From positions 32,001 to 96,000 of the forward strand of contig CAVWVQ010000005.1 in NCBI GenBank assembly GCA_963758525.1: 64,000 nt of DNA, read 5' to 3'. Positions 22,040 to 31,500 of the stretch are shown one piece after another (position 1 is the first letter of the stretch; every line of letters starts with the position of its first letter). This DNA is from an uncultured Phycisphaerales bacterium. GTDB lineage: Bacteria; Planctomycetota; Phycisphaerae; Tepidisphaerales; Tepidisphaeraceae. The notes under the pieces were generated by a model that was not told where the DNA came from, did not search any database, and was given only the letters and a program-made list of their open reading frames with translations. The position numbers and the translations under genes are program-made.

Positions 22040-22678
22040 TTAAAGCTCGTTGGACGTCAGGATCTCGACCCGCCGGTCGACGATTCTCAGTCTCTTCTCG
22101 GCGAACAGCCGGATGGCTTGGGGGTACGCGAGCTTCTCTTCCTCAAATACCCGTGCCGAAAGCGTTTGAGGCGTGTCATTCTCTTCCACAGGGCAGCATC
22201 GCTGCACGATGATGGGGCCGCTGTCGTAGCTGCCATCGACGAAGTGAACCGTGCATCCGCTGACCTTGCACCCGTACGCTAGCACCGCTTCGTGGACGTG
22301 CTGTCCATACATCCCTTTGCCGCCAAAACCGGGAAGCAGCGCGGGATGAATGTTCATCGTTTTTCCGACGAATGCCGGGGGAATTTCCAGCAGACAGAGC
22401 CAGCCGCCCAGGCAGACCAGATCGACCTCCGCATCCGCACAGAGGGAGAAAACCTGTTTGCTGAAGTCGGCGCAGTCTTCAGTCTGCCGACGGTCAACGA
22501 CGAAATTCATGATCTTCGCGGCAGCGGCCCGTTTCAATCCGCCAAGATCCGGTCGCGAGCCGATGACGAGCTTGATTTGTGCGTTCAACTGCCCGGCGGC
22601 GATGACGTCGATCAGGTTCTGCAGCGTCGTCCCGCCGCCGCTAACCAGCACGGCAATTTGCAGGGGTTTGTCGCTCAT
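22040..22678 (-). CDS. purN: Phosphoribosylglycinamide formyltransferase
   Basis: AVLVSGGGTTLQ, NIHPALLP, SGCTVHFVD...DSGPII. Confidence 0.95.
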   Translation of the reverse strand: MSDKPLQIAVLVSGGGTTLQNLIDVIAAGQLNAQIKLVIGSRPDLGGLKRAAAAKIMNFVVDRRQTEDCADFSKQVFSLCADAEVDLVCLGGWLCLLEIPPAFVGKTMNIHPALLPGFGGKGMYGQHVHEAVLAYGCKVSGCTVHFVDGSYDSGPIIVQRCCPVEENDTPQTLSARVFEEEKLAYPQAIRLFAEKRLRIVDRRVEILTSNEL

Positions 22679-25605
22679 GTCTGGCTCGCCCTGACAACTG
22701 CCGCGTCGCGCAGGCTCAGGTCAGGATATTCCGGATCATTGCCGACGTCCGGCCGGCGCTTCCAGCTTCGGGCGCAGGCGGGATAAAGCGCGCGACGGTC
22801 CAGCACTTTTACAACAACAGCCGACCCCGCCGTCCCCTTTTCCGCGAAGGAATGGAAGCCCGCGCCGACGAGGTCTTCCATGTCTGACCCGTACGACTGC
22901 AGGCGTTGGCGCACGGCATCGTCATCGACGTAATAGACCACTTCCGCCTCGGACGCTTTGTTGAGCCCTGCCTCCTTCTTCAGCGCATCGAGTTGAAGCA
23001 ACGCGCTGTCGCGCAGTTCCATCAGCAATTTCCATTCGCGCTGCTGCCCTTCGGATGGCTCCGCGCCTGATCCTTCGGGAAGCAGCGCCAGATGCACGCT
23101 CGGCACATCCGCCTCTCCGTCAGGCTTGCACCGGATATATTCCCACACTTCGTCGGCGGTGAAAACCAGCATCGGCGCCAGCAGCTTGGCCAGCGCGATG
23201 ACGATGCGGTGCAGCACGGTCTGCGAACGCCGGCGCAATGGGGACCAGGCGGCTTCGCAATAGAGACGATCCTTCATCGCGTTGCCGTAGATCGCGCTGA
23301 TCTGCACCGCGCAGAAATCGTAGACGAGCCGGAAGGCGCGATGAAGCTGATAATGATCGTACGCGTCGACCACCTGGGCGATCAGCTTGTCCAGCTCGAA
23401 GAGCGCCCAGCCGTCTAGACTGTTTTGCGGAATCTCCACGACGGCTGCCCGCGGGTCGAAGTCATAAAGATTCGCCAGCAGAAACCGGAGGGTGTTGCGG
23501 ATCTTGCGATATTTCTCGCCGAAGGCTCCGATCACCTTCGGGCTGACCGGAATGTCCGCCTGATAGTCGATGCTGCAGCACCAGAGGCGTAGCAAGTCCG
23601 CTCCGTGCAGCTCGATTTCCCGCGTGGCGGTCACGTATTCCGGATCGCTCTTGCTGACCTTCCTGCCATCGGGTTTGACGGCAAAGCCGTGGGTCAGCAC
23701 TTGCTTGAATGGCGCCGCGCCGGTCGCCCCGATGCTCGGCAGCAGCGAAAGCTGAAACCAGCCGCGGTGCTGGTCGGAGCCTTCCAGATAGAGATCGGCC
23801 GGAAATTTCAGCTCCGGCCGCGCCTGCAAAACCGCGTGCCATGAGCTTCCGCTCTCGAACCAGACATCGAAGATGTCTTTCTCCTTCCGCAATGATTCCG
23901 CGGAAAAGCCCGGCGGATAGCGGAAGCTGGCTCCCAGCAGCTCGGCGGGCGAATCGCTGAACCACGCCTCGCTTCCCTTCTCCGCAAAACGACGCGAGAC
24001 TGCCCGCACGGACTCGGGCGTGAGCAGTGCGTGCCCCTGGTCGTTGTAGAAAACCGGGATTGGCAATCCCCACGCCCGCTGCCGCGAGATGCACCAGTCC
24101 GGCCGCGACTGCAGCATGCCGGTGATGCGGTGCTTTCCCGAGTCGGGAACAAACTCAACCGAACTCGCGCACGCCTCGATCGCGCGCTGCCGAAGCGTTT
24201 TGTCTTCGGTGCCGTAAGGGTCGTTGAGCGCGATAAACCACTGCTCGGTCGCGCGGAAGATGATCGGGGTTTTGCTGCGCCAATCGTGCGGGTAGCTATG
24301 AGTGATTTTCGCTTCCGCGAAGAGCAAGCCATGCCTTAGCAACTCGGCGATGATCAGAGGGTTCGACTCTTTGGTGGTTTTGCCCCGGATGAATTCGGGG
24401 ACGGTGTCATCAAACCGGCCGCTGGCGAGCACGGGGCTGTAGATGTCCAACCCGTTGCGCATGCCCGTTTCGTAGTCATCTTCGCCGTGCCCGGGGGCGG
24501 TGTGGACCAGCCCGGTGCCATCGGTGGTGGTGACGTAATCGGCCGTGACGACTTTCGACTTTCGCGGGATGAACGGATGGGAGTATTCGATTCCCGCAAG
24601 ATCTGATCCTTTCACGGCGCGTTCGGTCATCACCACGTGCGGCCTATCCTTGAAGACCTTGCCGACCAGGTCGAGAGCCACGATCGCGACACGGCGGGTG
24701 GTTTGCTGTCCGCGGAGTCTCGGCGCCGACTGAGCGGAAGATGCCGGCTCGCTGACCCCCTCCCCTGGTACTCCAGTGGAGGGAAAGGGGTCGCTCTCAG
24801 TCGCGCCCCGAACCTCGTACTCGACGGGGACATAGGTCACTTCCGGATGCACTGCGATCGCAAGATTGGCCGGCAGCGTCCAGGGGGTTGTCGTCCAGGC
24901 CAGCAGATGGGCACCCTCGCCGAAATCTGAGCCGATCAACGGAAATTCCACGAAGATGCTGGTGTCTTCAACATCCTGATATTCCAGTTCCGCATCGGCC
25001 AGCGCCGTCTGGTTGCGGACCGACCAGGGCACCGGCTTCAGCTTCTTGTAGACCAGACCCGCTTCGACGAACTTTGCAAAGACCTCGAGCGTTGCCGATT
25101 CGTAACTGGGTCGGAGCGTGAGATAGGGCTTCTCCCAGTCGCCGAGAATTCCCAATCGCTGAAACTGCCGGCTCTGAATCGCCACGAACTTCTCGGCATA
25201 GTCGAAGCAATGCTTGCGAATCTCCGGCACGCTCATTTCGCGCAGCTTCGAGCCGAGTTGCTCCTGAATTTTGTGTTCGATCGGCAGGCCGTGACAGTCC
25301 CAGCCGGGCACATACGGCGTCTGGTATCCCTGCATCGTGCGGAACCGCAGGATCACGTCCTTCAGCGTCTTGTTGATCACGTGCCCGATGTGAATGTCCC
25401 CGTTGGCAAAAGGAGGACCGTCGTGCAGCACCCACTTCTCGCCGGCAGCGCGGGCGGAAAGAACCTTGGCATAGAGATTCATCTCCTGCCATTTGCGCAG
25501 CCGCGCCGGCTCATTGGCGACAAGCTTGGCCTCCATCGGGAACTGTGTCTCGGGGAGGTTCAGCGTCTGCTTGTAGTTCTTTTTTTGCGGGGTTTCCGTT
25601 GCCAT
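22675..25605 (-). CDS. ileS: Isoleucyl-tRNA synthetase (IleRS1 type)
   Basis: LHDGPPFANGDIHIGH, PGWDCHGLPIE, WTTTPWTLP, GTGLVHTAPGHG, DWCISRQRAWG, YLEGSDQHRGWFQ, KVSKS. Confidence 0.97.
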   Translation of the reverse strand: MATETPQKKNYKQTLNLPETQFPMEAKLVANEPARLRKWQEMNLYAKVLSARAAGEKWVLHDGPPFANGDIHIGHVINKTLKDVILRFRTMQGYQTPYVPGWDCHGLPIEHKIQEQLGSKLREMSVPEIRKHCFDYAEKFVAIQSRQFQRLGILGDWEKPYLTLRPSYESATLEVFAKFVEAGLVYKKLKPVPWSVRNQTALADAELEYQDVEDTSIFVEFPLIGSDFGEGAHLLAWTTTPWTLPANLAIAVHPEVTYVPVEYEVRGATESDPFPSTGVPGEGVSEPASSAQSAPRLRGQQTTRRVAIVALDLVGKVFKDRPHVVMTERAVKGSDLAGIEYSHPFIPRKSKVVTADYVTTTDGTGLVHTAPGHGEDDYETGMRNGLDIYSPVLASGRFDDTVPEFIRGKTTKESNPLIIAELLRHGLLFAEAKITHSYPHDWRSKTPIIFRATEQWFIALNDPYGTEDKTLRQRAIEACASSVEFVPDSGKHRITGMLQSRPDWCISRQRAWGLPIPVFYNDQGHALLTPESVRAVSRRFAEKGSEAWFSDSPAELLGASFRYPPGFSAESLRKEKDIFDVWFESGSSWHAVLQARPELKFPADLYLEGSDQHRGWFQLSLLPSIGATGAAPFKQVLTHGFAVKPDGRKVSKSDPEYVTATREIELHGADLLRLWCCSIDYQADIPVSPKVIGAFGEKYRKIRNTLRFLLANLYDFDPRAAVVEIPQNSLDGWALFELDKLIAQVVDAYDHYQLHRAFRLVYDFCAVQISAIYGNAMKDRLYCEAAWSPLRRRSQTVLHRIVIALAKLLAPMLVFTADEVWEYIRCKPDGEADVPSVHLALLPEGSGAEPSEGQQREWKLLMELRDSALLQLDALKKEAGLNKASEAEVVYYVDDDAVRQRLQSYGSDMEDLVGAGFHSFAEKGTAGSAVVVKVLDRRALYPACARSWKRRPDVGNDPEYPDLSLRDAAVVRASQT

Positions 25606-25699
25606 GATCTTCGTTCGGTTCGGTAACTCGTTCTTGAGCGATTGCAAACTTCGATGGTCCATCTGCGCAGCGGCTCCTCGCGACCAAATCAAAGAGTCA

Positions 25700-25803
25700 T
25701 TGCCACAAAAAGCACAAAAGACACAAAAAAATCAAATCCCCGTTGCATGCACTTTCGGTTGATCCCTTCCGATCCGATCTTCTTTTTGAGTCTTTTGTGG
25801 CAA
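25700..25803. repeat. Short-unit hairpin element, copy 1, flanking the GxxExxY gene
   Basis: TTGCCACAAAAAGCACAAAAGACACAAAAAA ... TTTTTGAGTCTTTTGTGGCAA. Confidence 0.85.
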
Positions 25804-25856
25804 ATCTCTTCGTCTTTCCCCTTACGCAGCCGCGGAAACGCACAACACAACTAGAG

Positions 25857-26276
25857 CTAGTCTAACGTCGACCCTTCCCCAAGTGACTGCCCCGCATCGT
25901 ATTTGTTCAGAATGAACTTGCGGATCTGATACCTCCCGGCGCCGAAGTTGATCAGCAGCCCATGTTCGATGCCCGACGCTCGCAGGTAGCCAAGAACTTG
26001 AGCAACGTGTTCATCTGTGATCGCCTTGCATGCTTTGACCTCGACGATAAGCCGGCCTTCGACGAAGATATCAGCGAAATACTCCCCAAGCACCGTTCCG
26101 TCTTCGTCGCGCACCTCCAGAGGGTGTTGAGGCAGGGGACGCAAACCGATTTTGCCAAGGCGGTGCAGCAAGCCATTTTCATACACCTTTTCCAGGTGCC
26201 CACCCCCCAGAAAGCGATGCAGGGCAAAGCCGGTCTCACGAATCGTGTCGCATAGTGCGTTGATGTCATCGTTCAT
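25857..26276 (-). CDS. GxxExxY protein (PD-(D/E)XK nuclease-like fold)
   Basis: GGAG RBS; LGGGHLEKVYEN motif; ADIFVEGRLIVEVK; AQVLGYL; GLLINFG. Confidence 0.93.
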   Translation of the reverse strand: MNDDINALCDTIRETGFALHRFLGGGHLEKVYENGLLHRLGKIGLRPLPQHPLEVRDEDGTVLGEYFADIFVEGRLIVEVKACKAITDEHVAQVLGYLRASGIEHGLLINFGAGRYQIRKFILNKYDAGQSLGEGSTLD

Positions 26277-26301
26277 TGGGAACTCCAGAAGGGAAAAGAG
26301 A

Positions 26302-26432
26302 AATTGCCACAAAAGCACAAAAGACACAAAAAAATTCATCGGGCCACTTCTTGGTGGGTGCATGTGCTCTCTTCTGCTCTGCGTCGGATTTCTTTTTGTA
26401 TCTTTTGTGTTTTTTGTGTTTTTGCGGCAATT
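26302..26432. repeat. Short-unit hairpin element, copy 2, flanking the GxxExxY gene
   Basis: AATTGCCACAAAAGCACAAAAGACACAAAAAA ... TTTTTGTATCTTTTGTGTTTTTTGTGTTTTTGCGGCAATT. Confidence 0.85.
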
Positions 26433-26491
26433 ATTCTGTCTTCAGACCGTTGGCCGCCGCGCATCGTGTTTGGACGAAATAAACTTGCGCT

Positions 26492-27928
26492 TCACAGTCC
26501 GGCATACTTGCCTGCCTGGCCTTCGCCACCGGTCGTCAGAGAGGTCGTTACTGTATCGGCCGCCGCGGGCGGCTCCAAGTGAATGCTTCGCCATCCGCCT
26601 CGGGCAAATCGGCGATACATGAACAGTCCGAGGATCACGCCGTAGACCGTCGCGACGGACCAGGGGCCGGCCGGTCCGAATCGAGGGAAGAGCTTCGCCG
26701 TCACGTATCCGCCGAACACGGTGATTCCCCAGCAGAGAACCCCGGTCGCAATCGCCGGTACAAAAGTGTCGCCGGCGCCGCGTAGCGCTCCGTTGTAAAC
26801 GATGTAGAGGGCATCGAAGAACTGATAAACCGCGGCAAAGACGAGCATCGTTGCGCCCATCCGCATCACTTGCGGATCGCTGTCGAACAGGCGAATAAAG
26901 GAATACCGTCCGAAATAGAAGATCAGCCCGCAACTGACCATATAGATGGCAGTGAGTCCGAATCCGAGCCGGGCCCGGGCGGCGGCCACATCCGGCTCAC
27001 CGCGGCCGATGTAACGCCCGACCAGCGCCGTCACCGCGGTCCCCACGCCAAAGGCCGGCATGAAGCTGACGACCATGTAGCGCATCATATACGTCTGCGC
27101 CGTCATGGCCGCGGTTCCGAATTGACCCATCACCCACATTCCGAAGAGCGACCATGCCAGGACGTCGGCCACAATCTGGACGCCGGAGGGAATGCCGATC
27201 CGCAGCAGCGTGAGCATCTGCTGTCGCCGCAATTTGAAATCCAGCACGTTATACAGCCGTCGTCCCTCGCCGTGCGCCACGGAGAACAGCAGCAAGCCGG
27301 TTTCCACGGCGACTCCGGCGTTCTGCCCCCAGGCCGATCCCGCGATTCCCAAGCGGGGCAGCCCGCCATGGCCGAAGATCAGCATCCACGCCGCCAGCGC
27401 ATTGGCACTTACCCCGACGATCGTGGAGAGCAGCACGGGATTCGGCCGATTCGTCGCCAGCAGAAATTGGCCGAATGCTACGCCGAGGAGTTTGAAGACC
27501 GAGCCGGCGAGAACGATCCGCAGATAAATTCCCTCGTCCTCCGCCAGCCGCGGCTCGTGCCCCATCCAAAGAAACACATGCTGTGCAACCGGCATCAGTG
27601 AAACAAACAGCGCCGCCGCAATCAGCGCAAACCAGATTCCCTGCCAGAGAAATCTGCCGCACTCGGCAAACTCGCGCCGGCCGAAGCTCTGGCTCGCCAG
27701 CGTATTGACGACAAAGAGGACGCCGACCCCGAGGCTGATCACTGAAAACGTAAACAGCCCGGCGTTGCCGCCGGCCGTGGCTTCGGTCGCGCCGACGCGT
27801 GAGAGCATCAGCGTGTCGACGAACTGCATGATGGTGTACGACGCCATCTGCGCCACCGTCGGCGCAGCAAGAGTGAGCAGTTCGACCAGCGGCGATGCCG
27901 CCCTTTCCTCCGACCCGTCTGCTTCCAT
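26492..27928 (-). CDS. MATE family efflux transporter
   Basis: LAAPTVAQM...VDTLMLSRVG, LGIAGSAW, GALRGAGDT; about 12 TM helices. Confidence 0.92.
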   Translation of the reverse strand: MEADGSEERAASPLVELLTLAAPTVAQMASYTIMQFVDTLMLSRVGATEATAGGNAGLFTFSVISLGVGVLFVVNTLASQSFGRREFAECGRFLWQGIWFALIAAALFVSLMPVAQHVFLWMGHEPRLAEDEGIYLRIVLAGSVFKLLGVAFGQFLLATNRPNPVLLSTIVGVSANALAAWMLIFGHGGLPRLGIAGSAWGQNAGVAVETGLLLFSVAHGEGRRLYNVLDFKLRRQQMLTLLRIGIPSGVQIVADVLAWSLFGMWVMGQFGTAAMTAQTYMMRYMVVSFMPAFGVGTAVTALVGRYIGRGEPDVAAARARLGFGLTAIYMVSCGLIFYFGRYSFIRLFDSDPQVMRMGATMLVFAAVYQFFDALYIVYNGALRGAGDTFVPAIATGVLCWGITVFGGYVTAKLFPRFGPAGPWSVATVYGVILGLFMYRRFARGGWRSIHLEPPAAADTVTTSLTTGGEGQAGKYAGL

Positions 27929-27984
27929 TATCCTCGCTCCGAGTGTTGTCTTCCGCGAAGCCCATTGTAGACGCGCGGGTTCGC

Positions 27985-28111
27985 AGTCATCCTGGGTTAG
28001 CCGCGACGCGCAGCGGAGCGCGTATTCGCGGGATTGCACGAGCGGTGAAACTGCGCCGTCTCTCGTTCGAATACGCGCTCCGCTGCGCGTCGCGGCTAAC
28101 CCAGGATGACT
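27985..28111. repeat. Perfect 44-bp inverted repeat (REP/REPIN-like)
   Basis: 27985-28028 is the exact reverse complement of 28068-28111; 39-nt loop. Confidence 0.9.
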
Positions 28112-28177
28112 CGCGCGGCAATTGCACGTGGCCGACCGTTCCGCGGAAGCCGAACGAGCGAGACGGGTTTTCAGTTT

Positions 28178-28237
28178 ATTGTGGTGCGGGCTTGCAGCCT
28201 GCGATCTGAGAAGCAGGCTGCACGCCTGCGCCACAAT
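28178..28237. repeat. GTGG-type REP doublet
   Basis: GTGGTGCGGGCTTGCAGCCTGC ... GCAGGCTGCACGCCTGCGCCAC; same family as 49061 and 50346. Confidence 0.8.
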
Positions 28238-28406
28238 ATGCGATCGACGCCAGAGCGTCGAAACTCCGCATTTATTCATGCAACGCAGGAAGTCACCGTT
28301 ACAATGCTCGCATGTCGGATTCCGCGACAACGTTCGCCAGCGGCGGCGGGCTTAATCCGCGGCCCGCGGCGGTAATTCCCCGCGCACATCGGGCAGGCTC
28401 TCGTTC

Positions 28407-29312
28407 ATGAAGCGCGAAACCCGCCACGTGCCAGTCCTGCTTGACGACGTGCTGCACATTCTGAATCCGCAACCGGGCCAGACGATCGTTGACTGCACGC
28501 TTGGCCTTGGCGGACACTCCGCGGCGCTGTTGGAGCGGCTTGGCGCGAGCGGGCGACTCCTCGGGATCGACTTCGACCCGGCGAACATAGCGCTGGCGCG
28601 GGCGAAACTGCAGAATGCCGGCGGCAACTTCGAGCTGTTTCACAACAACTTTGCCGCACTCCCGACGGTTCTCGCGCAGGCGGGAATCGCCCGGGTGGAC
28701 GCGATATTGGCCGATCTGGGAGTTGCCAGTCCGCAGATCGATGACCCCGAACGGGGGTTTTCGTATCGTCGGCCGGGGCCATTGGACATGCGGATGGACC
28801 CGACACGCGGACAACCGGCTTCGGCGTTGATCAACCGTCTTTCCGCACGCGAGCTGGCCGAGGCGTTTTTGGAACTTGGCGACGAAACCGACGCCCCGGA
28901 GATCGCGAGGCTGATCGTCGATTACCGACGCCATCGGCCCATCACGACCACGCAGCAACTGACGGACATCGTCTGCGAAGCGCGCGACTTTACGCTCGAG
29001 CGCGCCGCCGGCGCGAAGCTTCACCCGGCTGCCCGAACGTTTCAGGCGTTGCGGATTCTCGTCAACCGCGAGCTGGCGAATCTCGATCGGCTTCTTGCCG
29101 TTCTGCCCGATTGCCTGGCTCCCAAAGGAGTCGCGGCGATCATCAGCTTTCACAGCGGCGAAGACCGCCGGGTGAAAGCCGCGTTCCGCGCCGGCCTCGC
29201 GGCAGGGGCCTACTCAGCGATCAGTCCCGATCCAGTCATTGCGGATCTGCCCGAGCAGAAGCTCAACCCGCGATCGCGGTCGGCGAAGCTGCGATGGGCT
29301 CGGGCGCGATAG
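28407..29312 (+). CDS. rsmH: 16S rRNA C1402 N4-methyltransferase
   Basis: HVPVLL, DCTLGLGGHS, DLGVASPQID, PLDMRMD, FQALRILVN, ISFHSGEDR, NPRSRSAKLR. Confidence 0.95.
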   Translation: MKRETRHVPVLLDDVLHILNPQPGQTIVDCTLGLGGHSAALLERLGASGRLLGIDFDPANIALARAKLQNAGGNFELFHNNFAALPTVLAQAGIARVDAILADLGVASPQIDDPERGFSYRRPGPLDMRMDPTRGQPASALINRLSARELAEAFLELGDETDAPEIARLIVDYRRHRPITTTQQLTDIVCEARDFTLERAAGAKLHPAARTFQALRILVNRELANLDRLLAVLPDCLAPKGVAAIISFHSGEDRRVKAAFRAGLAAGAYSAISPDPVIADLPEQKLNPRSRSAKLRWARAR

Positions 29313-29375
29313 AGAAAAATTCGCGATTGCCGGTTGGCGGAACGGAGAATATGGTTGCCGGCTCAGGAGGTTTGT

Positions 29376-29825
29376 ATGGCGGTTCAACCGGTGCCACCCG
29401 GCTTTCACACGATCACGCCGTATTTGATGGTCAAAGAGGGAGCGAAGCTGATCGAATTTTTGGAGAAGGCGCTCGGGGCTCAAGTGGTCAGCGTTTCGAG
29501 AATTCCCGATGGGGCGATCATGCATGCCTCACTGCGGGTCGGTGATTCGATGCTGATGATGAGCGATGCGCGGGGAAATTGGAAAGCCACGCCGGTGTCT
29601 CTCTATCTCTACGTTCCAAACGTGGACGAATTATATCAGCGGGCGATGAACGCCGGCGCGGAATCGATCAATGCGCCGCGCGACGAGTTCTACGGAGATC
29701 GCATGGCTGGAATTGTCGATCCCGACGGGAATACCTGGTGGCTTGCGACGCATGTGGAAGATGTGAGCGAGGATGAGCTTCGACGACGGCAGCAGAAAAT
29801 GTTCAGTACTCGGAAGCCGCAGTAA
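29376..29825 (+). CDS. VOC/glyoxalase (PhnB-like) protein
   Basis: AGGAGG RBS; PPGFHTITPYL, MHASLRVGDS, FYGDRMAGIVDPDGNTWWLATH. Confidence 0.9.
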   Translation: MAVQPVPPGFHTITPYLMVKEGAKLIEFLEKALGAQVVSVSRIPDGAIMHASLRVGDSMLMMSDARGNWKATPVSLYLYVPNVDELYQRAMNAGAESINAPRDEFYGDRMAGIVDPDGNTWWLATHVEDVSEDELRRRQQKMFSTRKPQ

Positions 29826-29875
29826 ATACTGCTTCACGCAATTTGCCGTGCGGTCCGGAGCGATCGGCAAATCCA

Positions 29876-29975
29876 GAACACGAATCGACACGAATTCACA
29901 CGAATCTTCACGAAGCAGATTTTTCTTCGCGTTTATTCGTGCGCATTCGTGCCCCATTCGTGCAGATTCGTGTTC
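29876..29975. repeat. Short-unit hairpin element (CACGAAT units)
   Basis: GAACACGAATCGACACGAATTCACACGAATCTTCACGAA ... ATTCGTG x4 ending GATTCGTGTTC. Confidence 0.85.
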
Positions 29976-30028
29976 CGCTTGAGCGATTCGCGGGCAACTG
30001 GAAGATTGAAAGCACGCGTTCCCGCAAG

Positions 30029-31273
30029 TTATTCACTTGCGCCGCCGGCTGCGACAGCATGCATGGGAGTCTCTGGCGACTGCACCGCCGCGGCGAAGCT
30101 GGCGCGGTAGGCGAGGAAGTTGAGCAATGCGAGAAGCGGGACGGCCAGCGCGCCGAGCACGGGGATGATCTGGAAAAAGATGAGAACCAGCAGCAGCAGC
30201 CGCAGGCTCCATCGCAGCAGAAAGCGGCTCTTCAAAGAGAGATATTGCGCAAAGGGAAGCACGAGCACGATGCGGTAGTAGACGATGCCGATGATCAGGC
30301 CCAGCAGCGGAATCAGACCCAGCATGAAACAGACGAGCAGCGCGAGCGGCAGCCGCGCTGCGACATGATTCATATAAGCGTCGGCAAACCCCGGCTTGGC
30401 GAAAGGGCGGGTTCCGCAGGCGGGGCATGGCGCAAAGGGCTGCCGAACCGTGAGGCGTGCGGCGCAAACGGGGCAGCGGCGTTTTTCAACCAGGCGATAC
30501 GCGTGCAACGCGGGGTCGTCGTCGATGCCGGGCAGGGAGCCGCCGAGAAACCCGACGGAACATGGTGATGGCAACGGCGTGTTGCACGCCTGGCAAGCGG
30601 TGGCGCACGGATAAACGAGCTGTCCGCAATGAGCGCAGGCAATTTTGCGTTGCTCTTCCGCGACTTCAATGCGCCGGCGAATCATGAAGAGGAAACCGGT
30701 CGCAATCGCGAGCAGTATCAGCGCGACGATTGGAAAGAGTACGACAAACAGCATTCCCGCCAGCGCCCCGGCGTCTTCCGCCCAACTGATCAGATGGTCC
30801 AGATGGGTGCCTTCGATGTGATCGAAGAGCAGCCGGACGATCTCCCGTCGCACCGCAGCGACCCGCAGCACGCCGATGGCAGTCATGATCGGCGTGAGCA
30901 CATCGGCAACGCTGGCGTGATGAACCGCGGATTGCAGAAAATTGCCATCGGTGGCGCTGAGCACGCCCAGCGTGCTGAGGACGGCGATGCCGGGCTTGAG
31001 ATAGACGTCAAACTCATGAAGAAACTGCCGGGCTTCGGGATTCTTCTGGGCCAGGATTTCCAGAATCGACAGAATGGTCAGCGCGATGAGTGCCGGGTCG
31101 CTGGTGAACCACGGCGGCGCCGATTGGATGTGTGGCAGCAGCCCCCAGTGCCCGACGATGGGAAGATGCCCTCCAAAGCGGATCAGCAGCGCCGTCAGCA
31201 GGGCCGGGAGAAAGACGCGGGAAGAGAACGGCCCGATCGCGCCGATGCCGTAGAGAAGGGCTGAGGGATTCAT
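30029..31273 (-). CDS. DUF4126-like membrane protein with Cys-pair (zinc-ribbon-like) region
   Basis: SSRVFLPALL, WFTSD...LSILEILA, ISWAED; CAHC/CQAC/CPVC/CPAC. Confidence 0.65.
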   Translation of the reverse strand: MNPSALLYGIGAIGPFSSRVFLPALLTALLIRFGGHLPIVGHWGLLPHIQSAPPWFTSDPALIALTILSILEILAQKNPEARQFLHEFDVYLKPGIAVLSTLGVLSATDGNFLQSAVHHASVADVLTPIMTAIGVLRVAAVRREIVRLLFDHIEGTHLDHLISWAEDAGALAGMLFVVLFPIVALILLAIATGFLFMIRRRIEVAEEQRKIACAHCGQLVYPCATACQACNTPLPSPCSVGFLGGSLPGIDDDPALHAYRLVEKRRCPVCAARLTVRQPFAPCPACGTRPFAKPGFADAYMNHVAARLPLALLVCFMLGLIPLLGLIIGIVYYRIVLVLPFAQYLSLKSRFLLRWSLRLLLLVLIFFQIIPVLGALAVPLLALLNFLAYRASFAAAVQSPETPMHAVAAGGASE

Positions 31274-31362
31274 CGGCTCGGAGAATACCGGATAAGATGG
31301 ACGATCGCATGTGGCAGGCTCGCTCGGGTGGCTGCACAACGCACAGCACGGAAAAAATTAAG

Positions 31363-31500
31363 AGCCGCGAAGCAGCGAAGGCGCGAAGACAGCCGCGAAG
31401 AAGAAAAGCCGGAGACGATCAGGCATGTCTTGAGGGTTCCACGGTCTTCAAAAACAGTGTTCCTTCGCTTCTGTCTTCGCTGCTTCGCGCCTTCGCGGCT
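31363..31500. repeat. Short-unit hairpin element (GCGAAG units)
   Basis: AGCCGCGAAGCAGCGAAGGCGCGAAGACAGCCGCGAAG ... CTTCGCTGCTTCGCGCCTTCGCGGCT. Confidence 0.85.

Noticed and set aside
27929..28330. N-terminal extension of MATE in the ORF track; likewise extensions at 43403-43582, 48969-49085 and 50095-50406
   Set aside because: They are translations of palindromic repeats or promoter DNA; homology starts at the downstream start codons.
28407..29312. rsmH outside a dcw cluster and tRNA-Ile outside an rrn operon
   Set aside because: Fragmented dcw and rRNA operons are expected in Planctomycetota, so this is not novel.
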